Positions 1 through 11,200 of a stretch of DNA of 64,000 nt are shown here, one piece after another. The position numbers were made by a program, and so were the translations under genes. The stretch lies in assembly GCA_046563655.1 (NCBI GenBank), contig CM102287.1:3224001-3288000 (forward strand), written 5' to 3'. Numbering within the stretch: the first letter of the stretch is position 1; each line of letters opens with the position of its first letter. The notes below the pieces were generated by a model, which saw nothing but the letters and a program-made list of their open reading frames with translations, had not been told where the DNA came from and made no database searches. The DNA is from Yuukianura sp. NJ FZ-2021 (taxonomy: Eukaryota).

Positions 1-1696
1 GCAACAGAGAACTGATAGGCCCCATCATGTGAAGTCAAAGTGAGCGTCGTGACTCCTGTGCTCTGGCCAACGTACGTGTCACCAACTCCATAGATGTGAG
101 GTTCGTTCCTGGAGCGAGGTAGTCCAAGTCGACGAACACAAGCTTCGCTGATAAGATTGCCTTGAGCTCCAGAATCCAGAAAGACACGAACCCAGGAATC
201 AGTCCCATGCTTGTTTTTAGCCTTCACCATGGCAGTGGCCAGCAGAGGTAGAGATGAAGACAAGCCGCTTATGACTGCAGAGTTGATGGTGGCAGAAGCT
301 GAAGAGGCTTCAGGAAGGAATTCGGTGCCACCAGGAACAAATGAAGATGTGATTGGAGGTGGAGCAGTATTGTAGGACGGAGAGCCCTTTCCACCCCTCT
401 GAGTATCATGAAGAAGCGTATGATGCTTCTTCTGACACTGGCGGCATCGAGATGTAGAGTTGCATTCTTTCGTGAAGTGCCCTGGCGAAAAACAAGAGTA
501 GCAGAGACGCTTCTGGGTCACGAACTTCTGGCGATCAGCAATTGTTTGCTGATTGAAGTCCGGACACTTGTAGATGGGGTGCCTTTCCTTGCCACAACAC
601 AAACAGTTCTTAGAAGCAGGAGTCCCTTCAGTCACATGATGAACACGATGGTTGTCAGAGGGACGAGCGTTGACCTTAGAGATGGACTGAAGGCTGCGGA
701 TCCTGACCTCTAAGAAGTCCGTCAAGTCCTTGAACTTAGGCATCTTGTTGTCCGCTGGAAGAACCTTGCCCCACTCTTTTCTTGTCTCCATGTCCAGCTT
801 CTCCAAGATAAGATAGACGAGAAGGTCGTCCCAATCTTCAACCTCTCTTTTGAGGACCTTGAGTGACCTCAAAGCCTCTGTCACGGTGTCGATAAGGCGC
901 TGGAGCGACGTGGCACTGTCAGAGGTCACTGACTTGGGTTCAGTAATCCTACGAATCAAGGAAAGGACAATTCGCGAGTGTTTTCATACCTTTTGATGAC
1001 CTCTTGCCACGCCTCTTCAAACTGACCCTCAGCAACAGCGTAGTTTCGAATTTGAAGGGCAGCATCTCCTTTCAGCGATGACTTGAGATACGACATCTTG
1101 AAAACACTGCTGAGGTCATCGTTGTTGACGACAATAGCAGAGAACAAGTCACGGAAACTAACCCAGTCTTCATGTTTTCCGTCAAAGGTCGGAAGGTCAA
1201 CTTTTGGCAACTTCACAGAGGGCGTTTTTGTAGCACCAATCACTGACGAGTTCAAAACACTGGTATTCATGGATGCTGGTGGAAGTGAAGCTCTGGCGGC
1301 TGCTTCCGCTTTGGCAGCGGTGTCTTCTAACAACCCTTTTGCCGTAAACAATGCACGAAAACAAGAAGTAATTATTTCCTGACCTTTACTGATGGTGGAT
1401 TTGCAATCCGCAAGTGCTTGATCATCCTTGATGACAGACATAGCCAGAAGAACCTCCCTCTCCCAAGATGAAAACTTTGTCTTGAGGTCAGTGATCAGCA
1501 TTTCTTTTAGTGGAACATCAACTGACACTACCTTTTTCCAATCCTTGAACTCCTTGTTGTAGAGGTCCTGAATTTGGTCAAAAGTGGCTTTGAGTCCAAA
1601 CTGAGCCCACTCAAACAACACTGGTGGTTCTTGAAGGTGACCTTCAGATGACTCGTCAGATGACCCCTTACTTGTAGATTGTTTTCTTGTCGCCAT
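1..1696 (-). CDS. Bel/Pao gag-pol polyprotein (gag, 3 zinc knuckles, aspartic protease), interrupted by a 1-bp frameshift at ~962-964; runs off the window
   Basis: ORF 1696-956 ends ...RYENTRELSFP*. The adjacent frame continues LIRRITEPKSVTSDSATSLQRLIDTVTEALRSLKVL...WDDLLVYLILEKLDMETRKEW...FLEVRIRSL through the knuckles to the LDSG motif (~170-182). Adding one T to the TTT run restores ELSFSLIRR. Confidence 0.9.
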
Positions 1697-1772
1697 TTTT
1701 CTGTTGACGAACTTTCAGTTATTGTCACAAACACTTTCACACCCTTTGAAGTAGTTTCGGGAGAGTTCCCGG

Positions 1773-1784
1773 CGTTGGGCGCCA
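1773..1784 (-). other. Primer-binding site, tRNA-Lys(CUU) type
   Basis: Minus strand reads TGGCGCCCAACG, 1 nt after the LTR-terminal CA. This matches the first 12 nt of the canonical tRNA-Lys1,2 PBS (TGGCGCCCAACGTGGGGC). Confidence 0.85.
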
Positions 1785-1785
1785 A

Positions 1786-2265
1786 TGAGATGGGTGGATG
1801 ACTGTAGTGATGTACAAAAACTGAGAAGATGATTTTGAGTTCCTTTATTGTTACCACTTTCCAAGGAGGAGGGCACAATACAAGGCAAAACTTAACTTAA
1901 CTCGAGAGAGTTAGACTTGACCCCAGTGGGTCCGACTTAGAACAATAGTAGGGTCGCGTGACCACTACTGGAGAGAAACACAATTGGCTCGAGTGAGCAA
2001 GAGAAGAGAGGGAAGGTATCGCAGCGAGTGCTGGATGACAACTTAAAGTTAAAACTAAACTAACTATGGTTTGAGTGGATTTCGCCTCCACTCACCTCCT
2101 TGAGAATGGCCACGTCACCTCCGGTGAGGTTGACACTTTGTCCTCTCTCAAGGCAATAAGTGGAGTCGGAAGACCACCATGAGTACAGTGTACTTATACT
2201 AAGCTAGAGTGAAGGTCACACATAGAGGAAGGGAGATTGGTGAATCTCCACTTGATTCCTCAACA
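1786..2265 (-). repeat. 5' LTR of the Bel/Pao element (~480 bp)
   Basis: Minus strand starts TGTTGAGG at the satellite junction (2265; alternative TGAGG start at 2262) and ends ...CCATCTCA just before the PBS. It contains minus-strand AATAAA (1849-1844) and a TATA-like TATAAGTA (2198-2191). The second LTR is outside the window, so the boundaries cannot be confirmed by pairing. Confidence 0.8.
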
Positions 2266-5200
2266 GCCCATCTGAAGTGAACCAAGCTCAATTTTTGTCA
2301 AAAAATCTTTTTTTTCATTCAAAACTCCCCAAAAAGTCATTCTGAGCTTTGTGAGAACTGAAAATTGCACTCCGATATTTTGCCTCAGAAAGCTCATCTG
2401 AAGTGAACCAAGCTCAATTTTTGTCAAAAAAAATTTTTTTTTCATTCAAAACTCCCCAAAAAGTCATCCTGAGCTTTCTGAGAACTGAAAATTGCACTCC
2501 GATATTTTGCCTCAGAAAGCCCATCTGAAGTGAACCAAGCTCGATTTTTGTCAAATAATTCATTTGTTTCATTGAAAACTCCCCAAAAAGTCATTCTGAG
2601 CTTTCTGAAAACTGAAAATTGCACTCCGATATTTTGCCTCGGAAAGCCCATCTGAAGTGAACCAAGCTCAATTTTTGTCAAAAAATTCATTTTTTTCATT
2701 CAAAACTCCCCAAAAAGTCATTCTGAGCTTTCTGAGAACTGAAAATTGCACTCCGATATTTTGCCTCGGAAAGCCCATCTGAAGTGAACGAAGCTCAATT
2801 TTTGTCAAAAAATCTTTTTTTTTCATTCAAAACATCCCAAAAAGTCATTCTGAGCTTTCTGAAAACTGAAGATTGCACTCCGATATTTTGCCTCGGAAAG
2901 CCCATCTGAAGTGAACCAAGCTCAATTTTTGTCAAAAAATTCATTTTTTTCATTCAAAACTCCCGAAAAAGTCATTCTGAGCTTTGTGAGAACTGAAAAT
3001 TGCACTCCGATAGTTTGCATCGGAAAGCCCATCTCAAGTGAACCAAGCTCAATTTTTGTCAAAAAACTTTTTTTTTCATTCAAAACTTTCCAAAAACTCA
3101 ATCTGAGCTTTGTGAGAACTGAAAATTGCACTCCGATATTTTGCCTCAGAAAGCTCATCTGAAGTGAACCAAGCTCAATTTTTGTCAAAAAAAATTTTTT
3201 TTTCATTCAAAACTCCCCAAAAAGTCATCCTGAGCTTTCTGAGAACTGAAAATTGCACTCCGATATTTTGCCTCGAAAAGCCCATCTGAAGTGAACCAAG
3301 CTCAATTTTTGTCAAATAATTCATTTGTTTCATTGAAAACTCCCCAAAAAGTCATTCTGAGCTTTCTGAGAACTGAAAATTGCACTCCGATATTTTGCCT
3401 CGGAAAGCCAATCTGAAGTGAACCAAACTCAATTTTTGTCAAAAAATTCATTTTTTTTCATTCAAAACTCCCCAAAAAGTCATTCTGAGCTTTCTGAGAA
3501 CTGAAAATTGCACTCCGATATTTTGCCTCGGAAAGCCCATCTGAAGTGAACCAAGCTCAATTTTTGTCAAAAAATCTTTTTGTTTTCATTCAAAACACCC
3601 CAAAAAGTCATTCTGAGCTTTCTGAAAACTGAAAATTGCTCTCCGATATTTTGCCTCGGAAAGCCCATCTGAAGTGAACCAAGCTCAATTTTTGTCAAAA
3701 AATTCATTTTTTCATTCAAAACTCCCGAAAAAGTCATTCTGAGCTTTGTGAGAACTGAAAATTGCACTCCGATATTTTGCCTCGGAAAGCCCATCTGAAG
3801 CGAACCAAGCTCAATTTTTGTCAAAAAATTTATTTGTTTCATTGAAAACTTCCCAAAAAGTCATTCTGAGCTTTGTGAGAACTGAAAATTGCACTCCGAT
3901 ATTTTGCCTCGGAAAGCCCATCTGAAGTGAACCAAGCTCAATTTTTGTCAAAAAATCTTTTTGTTTTCATTCAAAACACCCCAAAAAGTCATTCTGAGCT
4001 TTCTGAAAACTGAAAATTGCTCTCCGATATTTTGCCTCGGAAAGCCCATCTGAAGTGAACCAAGCTCAATTTTTGTCAAAAAATTCATTTTTTTCATTCA
4101 AAACTCCCGAAAAAGTCATTCTGAGCTTTGTGAGAACTGAAAATTGCACTCCGATATTTTGCCTCGGAAAGCCCATCTGAAGCGAACCAAGCTCAATTTT
4201 TGTCAAAAAATTTATTTGTTTCATTGAAAACTTCCCAAAAAGTCATTCTGAGCTTTGTGAGAACTGAAAATTGCACTCCGATATTTTGCCTCGGAAAGCC
4301 CATCTGAAGTGAACCAAGCTCAATTTTTGTCAAAAAATTCATTTTTTTCATTCAAAACTCCCCAAAAAGTCATCCTGAGCTTTCTGAGAACTGAAAATTG
4401 CACTCCGATATTTTGCCTCGGAAAGCCCATCTGAAGTGAACCAAGCTCAATTTTTGTCAAAAAATCTTTTTTTTTTCATTCAAAACTCCCCAAAAAGTCA
4501 TTCTGAGCTTTCTGAGAACTGAAAATTGCACTCCGATATTTTGCCTCGTAAAACCCATCTGAAGTGAACGAAGCTCAATTTTTGTCAAAAAATTCATTTT
4601 TTTCATTCAAAACTCCCGAAAAAGTCATTCTGAGCTTTGTGAGAACTGAAAATTGCACTCCGATATTTTGCCTCGGAAAGCCCATCTGAAGTGAACCAAG
4701 CTCAATTTTTGTCAAATAATTCATTTGTTTCATTGAAAACTCCCCAAAAAGTCATTCTGAGCTTTCTGAGAACTGAAAATTGCACTCCGATATTTTGCCT
4801 CGGAAAGCCAATCTGAAGTGAACCAAACTCAATTTTTGTCAAAAAAAATTATTATTTTATTTAAAACTCCCCAAAAAGTCATTCTGAGCTTTCTGAGAAC
4901 TGAAAATTGCACTCCGATATTTTGCCTCGGAAAGCCCATCTGAAGTGAACCAAGCTCAATTTTTGTCAAAAAATCTTTTTGTTTTCATTCAAAACACCCC
5001 AAAAAGTCATTCTGAGCTTTCTGAAAACTGAAAATTGCTCTCCGATATTTTGCCTCGGAAAGCCCATCTGAAGTGAACCAAGCTCAATTTTTGTCAAAAA
5101 ATTCATTTTTTCATTCAAAACTCCCGAAAAAGTCATTCTGAGCTTTGTGAGAACTGAAAATTGCACTCCGATATTTTGCCTCGGAAAGCCCATCTGAAGC

Positions 5201-8200
5201 GAACCAAGCTCAATTTTTGTCAAAAAATTTATTTGTTTCATTGAAAACTTCCCAAAAAGTCATTCTGAGCTTTGTGAGAACTGAAAATTGCACTCCGATA
5301 TTTTGCCTCGGAAAGCCCATCTGAAGTGAACCAAGCTCAATTTTTGTCAAAAAATCTTTTTGTTTTCATTCAAAACACCCCAAAAAGTCATTCTGAGCTT
5401 TCTGAAAACTGAAAATTGCTCTCCGATATTTTGCCTCGGAAAGCCCATCTGAAGTGAACCAAGCTCAATTTTTGTCAAAAAATTCATTTTTTTCATTCAA
5501 AACTCCCGAAAAAGTCATTCTGAGCTTTGTGAGAACTGAAAATTGCACTCCGATATTTTGCCTCGGAAAGCCCATCTGAAGCGAACCAAGCTCAATTTTT
5601 GTCAAAAAATTTATTTGTTTCATTGAAAACTTCCCAAAAAGTCATTCTGAGCTTTGTGAGAACTGAAAATTGCACTCCGATATTTTGCCTCGGAAAGCCC
5701 ATCTGAAGTGAACCAAGCTCAATTTTTGTCAAAAAATTCATTTTTTTTTATTCAAAACTCCCCAAAAAGTCATCCTGAGCTTTCTGAGAACTGAAAATTG
5801 CACTCCGATATTTTGCCTCGGAAAGCCCATCTGAAGTGAACCAAGCTCAATTTTTGTCAAAAAATCTTTTTTTTTTCATTCAAAACTCCCCAAAAAGTCA
5901 TTCTGAGCTTTCTGAGAACTGAAAATTGCACTCCGATATTTTGCCTCGTAAAGCCCATCTGAAGTGAACGAAGCTCAATTTTTGTCAAAAAATTCATTTT
6001 TTTCATTCAAAACTCCCGAAAAAGTCATTCTGAGCTTTGTGAGAACTGAAAATTGCACTCCGATATTTTGCCTCGGAAAGCCCATCTGAAGTGAACCAAG
6101 CTCAATTTTTGTCAAAAAATTTATTTGTTTCATTGAAAACTCCCGAAAAAGTCATTCTGAGCTTTGTGAGAACTAAAAATTGCACTCCGATAGTTTGCAT
6201 CGGAAAGCCCATCTCAAGTGAACCAAGCTCAATTTTTGTCAAAAAATCTTTTTTTTTCATTCAAAACTTTCCAAAAACTCAATCTGAGCTTTGTGAGAAC
6301 TGAAAATTGCACTCCGATATTTTGCCTCAGAAAGCTCATCTGAAGTGAACCAAGCTCAATTTTTGTCAAAAAAAATTTTTTTTTCATTCAAAACTCCCCA
6401 AAAAGTCATCCTGAGCTTTCTGAGAACTGAAAATTGCACTCCGATATTTTGCCTCGAAAAGCCCATCTGAAGTGAACCAAGCTCAATTTTTGTCAAATAA
6501 TTCATTTGTTTCATTGAAAACTCCCCAAAAAGTCATTCTGAGCTTTCTGAGAACTGAAAATTGCACTCCGATATTTTGCCTCGGAAAGCCCATCTGAAGT
6601 GAACCAAGCTCAATTTTTGTCAAAAAATTCATTTTTTTCATTCAAAACTCCCCAAAAAGTCATTCTGAGCTTTCTGAGAACTGAAAATTGCACTCCGATA
6701 TTTTGCCTCGGAAAGCCCATCTGAAGTGAACCAAGCTCAATTTTTGTCAAAAAATCTTTTTGTTTTCATTCAAAACACCCCAAAAAGTCATTCTGAGCTT
6801 TCTGAAAACTGAAAATTGCTCTCCGATATTTTGCCTCGGAAAGCCCATCTGAAGTGAACCAAGCTCAATTTTTGTCAAAAAATTCATTTTTTTCATTCAA
6901 AACTCCCGAAAAAGTCATTCTGAGCTTTGTGAGAACTGAAAATTGCACTCCGATATTTTGCCTCGGAAAGCCCATCTGAAGCGAACCAAGCTCAATTTTT
7001 GTCAAAAAATTTATTTGTTTCATTGAAAACTTCCCAAAAAGTCATTCTGAGCTTTGTGAGAACTGAAAATTGCACTCCGATATTTTGCCTCGGAAAGCCC
7101 ATCTGAAGTGAACCAAGCTCAATTTTTGTCAAAAAATCTTTTTGTTTTCATTCAAAACACCCCAAAAAGTCATTCTGAGCTTTCTGAAAACTGAAAATTG
7201 CTCTCCGATATTTTGCCTCGGAAAGCCCATCTCAAGTGAACCAAGCTCAATTTTTGTCAAAAAATCTTTTTTTTTCATTCAAAACTTTCCAAAAACTCAA
7301 TCTGAGCTTTGTGAGAACTGAAAATTGCACTCCGATATTTTGCCTCAGAAAGCTCATCTGAAGTGAACCAAGCTCAATTTTTGTCAAAAAATTCAATTGT
7401 TTCATTCAAAACTCCCCAAAAAGTCATCCTGAGCTTTCTGAGAACTGAAAATTGCACTCCGATATTTTGCCTCGAAAAGCCCATCTGAAGTGAACCAAGC
7501 TCAATTTTTGTCAAATAATTCATTTGTTTCATTGAAAACTCCCCAAAAAGTCATTCTGAGCTTTCTGAGAACTGAAAATTGCACTCCGATATTTTGCCTC
7601 GGAAAGCCCATCTGAAGTGAACCAAGCTCAATTTTTGTCAAAAAATCTTTTTGTTTTCATTCAAAACACCCCAAAAAGTCATTCTGAGCTTTCTGAAAAC
7701 TGAAAATTGCTCTCCGATATTTTGCCTCGGAAAGCCCATCTGAAGTGAACCAAGCTCAATTTTTGTCAAAAAATTCATTTTTTTTTTATTCAAAACTCCC
7801 CAAAAAGTCATCCTGAGCTTTCTGAGAACTGAAAATTGCACTCCGATATTTTGCCTCGGAAAGCCCATCTGAAGTGAACCAAGCTCAATTTTTGTCAAAA
7901 AATCTTTTTGTTTTCATTCAAAACACCCCAAAAAGTCATTCTGAGCTTTCTGAGAACTGAAAATTGCACTCCGATATTTTGCCTCGGAAAGCCCATCTGA
8001 AGTGAACCAAGCTCAATTTTTGTCAAAAAATCTTTTTTTTTCATTCAAAACTTTCCAAAAACTCAATCTGAGCTTTGTGAGAACTGAAAATTGCACTCCG
8101 ATATTTTGCCTCAGAAAGCTCATCTGAAGTGAACCAAGCTCAATTTTTGTCAAAAAAAAATTTTTTTTCATTCAAAACTCCCCAAAAAGTCATCCTGAGC

Positions 8201-11200
8201 TTTCTGAGAACTGAAAATTGCACTCCGATATTTTGCCTCGAAAAGCCCATCTGAAGTGAACCAAACTCAATTTTTGTCAAATAATTCATTTGTTTCATTG
8301 AAAACTCCCCAAAAAGTCATTCTGAGCTTTCTGAGAACTGAAAATTGCACTCCGATATTTTGCCTCGGAAAGCCCATCTGAAGTGAACCAAGCTCAATTT
8401 TTGTCAAAAAATCTTTTTGTTTTCATTCAAAACACCCCAAAAAGTCATTCTGAGCTTTGTGAGAACTGAAAATTGCACTCCGATATTTTGCCTCAGAAAG
8501 CCCATCTGAAGTGAACCAAGCTCAATTTTTGTCAAAAAATTCATTTTTTTCATTCAAAACTCCCCAAAAAGTCATTCTGAGCTTTCTGAGAACTGAAAAT
8601 TGCACTCCGATATTTTGCCTCGGAAAGCCCATCTGAAGTGAACCAAGCTCAATTTTTGTCAAAAAATCTTTTTTTTTTCATTCAAAACTCCCCAAAAAGT
8701 CATTCTGAGCTTTCTGAGAACTGAAAATTGCACTCCGATATTTTGCCTCGTAAAGCCCATCTGAAGTGAACGAAGCTCAATTTTTGTCAAAAAATTCATT
8801 TTTTTCATTCAAAACTCCCGAAAAAGTCATTCTGAGCTTTGTGAGAACTGAAAATTGCACTCCGATATTTTGCCTCGGAAAGCCCATCTGAAGTGAACCA
8901 AGCTCAATTTTTGTCAAAAAATTTATTTGTTTCATTGAAAACTCCCGAAAAAGTCATTCTGAGCTTTGTGAGAACTGAAAATTGCACTCCGATATTTTGC
9001 ATCGGAAAGCCCATCTGAAGTGAACCAAGCTCAATTTTTGTCAAAAAATCTTTTTTTTTCATTCAAAACTTTCCAAAAACTCAATCTGAGCTTTGTGAGA
9101 ACTGAAAATTGCACTCCGATATTTTGCCTCAGAAAGCTCATCTGAAGTGAACCAAGCTCAATTTTTGTCAAAAAATCTTTTTTTTTCATTCAAAACTCCC
9201 CAAAAAGTCATCCTGAGCTTTCTGAGAACTGAAAATTGCACTCCGATATTTTGCCTCGAAAAGCCCATCTGAAGTGAACCAAGCTCAATTTTTGTCAAAT
9301 AATTCATTTGTTTCATTGAAAACTCCCCAAAAAGTCATTCTGAGCTTTCTGAGAACTGAAAATTGCACTCCGATATTTTGCCTCGGAAAGCCCATCTGAA
9401 GTGAACCAAGCTCAATTTTTGTCAAAAAATTCATTTTTTTCATTCAAAACTCCCCAAAAAGTCATTCTGAGCTTTCTGAGAACTGAAAATTGCACTCCGA
9501 TATTTTGCCTCGGAAAGCCCATCTGAAGTGAACCAAGCTCAATTTTTGTCAAAAAATCTTTTTTTTTCATTCAAAACTCCCCAAAAAATCATTCTGAGCT
9601 TTGTGAGAACTGAAAATTGCACTCCGATATTTTGCCTCGGAAAGCCCATCTGAAGTGAACCAAGCTCAATTTTTGTCAAAAAATTTATTTGTTTCATTGA
9701 AAACTTCCCAAAAAGTCATTCTGAGCTTTGTGAGAACTGAAAATTGCACTCCGATATTTTGCCTCGGAAAGCCCATCTGAAGTGAACCAAGCTCAATTTT
9801 TGTCAAAAAATCTTTTTGTTTTCATTCAAAACACCCCAAAAAGTCATTCTGAGCTTTCTGAAAACTGAAAATTGCTCTCCGATATTTTGCCTCGGAAAGC
9901 CCATCTGAAGTGAACCAAGCTCAATTTTTGTCAAAAAATTCATTTTTTTCATTCAAAACTCCCCAAAAAGTCATCCTGAGCTTTCTGAGGACTGAAAATT
10001 GCACTCCGATATTTTGCCTAGGAAAGCCCATCTGAAGTGAACCAAGCTCAATTTTTGTCAAAAAATCTTTTTTTTTTCATTCAAAACTCCCCAAAAAGTC
10101 ATTCTGAGCTTTCTGAGAACTGAAAATTGCACTCCGATATTTTGCCTCGTAAAGCCCATCTGAAGTGAACGAAGCTCAATTTTTGTCAAAAAATTCATTT
10201 TTTTCATTCAAAACTCCCGAAAAAGTCATTCTGAGCTTTGTGAGAACTGAAAATTGCACTCCGATATTTTGCCTCGGAAAGCCCATCTGAAGTGAACCAA
10301 GCTCAATTTTTGTCAAAAAATTTATTTGTTTCATTGAAAACTTCCCAAAAAGTCATTCTGAGCTTTGTGAGAACTGAAAATTGCACTCCGATATTTTGCC
10401 TCGGAAAGCCCATCTGAAGTGAACCAAGCTCAATTTTTGTCAAAAAATCTTTTTGTTTTCATTCAAAACACCCCAAAAAGTCATTCTGAGCTTTCTGAGA
10501 ACTGAAAATTGCACTCCGATATTTTGCCTCGGAAAGCCCATCTGAAGTGAACCAAGCTCAATTTTTGTCAAAAAATCTTTTTTTTTCATTCAAAACTCCC
10601 CAAAAAGTCATTCTGAGCTTTCTGAGAACTGAAAATTGCACTCCGATATTTTGCCTCGTAAAGCCCATCTGAAGTGAACCAAGCTCAATTTTTGTCAAAA
10701 AATTCATTTTTTTCATTCAAAACTCCCGAAAAAGTCATTCTGAGCTTTGTGAGAACTGAAAATTGCACTCCGATATTTTGCCTCGGAAAGCCCATCTGAA
10801 GTGAACCAAGCTCAATTTTTGTCAAAAAATTTATTTGTTTCATTGAAAACTCCCGAAAAAGTCATTCTGAGCTTTGTGAGAACTGAAAATTGCACTCCGA
10901 TATTTTGCCTCGGAAAGCCCATCTGAAGTGAACCAAGCTCAATTTTTGTCAAAAAATCTTTTTTTCATTCAAAACTTCCCAAAAAGTCATTCTGAGCTTT
11001 GTGAGAACTGAAAATTGCACTCCGATATTTTGCCTCGGAAAGCCCATCTGAAGTGAACCAAGCTCAATTTTTGTCAAAAAATTCATTTTTTTCATTCAAA
11101 ACTCCCCAAAAAGTCATTCTGAGCTTTCTGAGAACTGAAAATTGCACTCCGATATTTTGCCTCGGAAAGCCCATCTGAAGTGAACCAAGCTCAATTTTTG

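Larger units (their letters stand above)
1..2265 (-). mobile_element. Bel/Pao-family LTR retrotransposon, 5' portion (continues beyond position 1)
   Basis: Minus-strand order is LTR (2265-1786), PBS (1784-1773), gag ATG (1696). Gag carries the Bel/Pao DUF1759-type segment (KLPKVDLPTFDG...WVSFRDLF...KMSYLKSSLKGDA...AWQEVIKRYEN). My translation downstream gives three Cys/His knuckles (CLCCGKERHPIYKC, CYSCFSPGHFTKEC, CRQCQKKHHTLLH) and a protease motif (LLATAMV...RVFLDSGAQGNLISE), the arrangement typical of Bel/Pao. Confidence 0.95.

Noticed and set aside
408..1382. Plus-strand ORFs 408-713 and 1083-1382
   Set aside because: Antisense shadows of the gag-pol frame with no recognisable domain.
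2266..2392. Hammerhead ribozyme, tRNA/5S-derived unit or CENP-B box in the monomer
   Set aside because: There is no CUGANGA core on either strand (only ctgaagt, ctgagct, ctgagaa, ctgaaaa), no convincing Pol III A/B boxes, and no TTCG-N4-A-N2-CGGG match.
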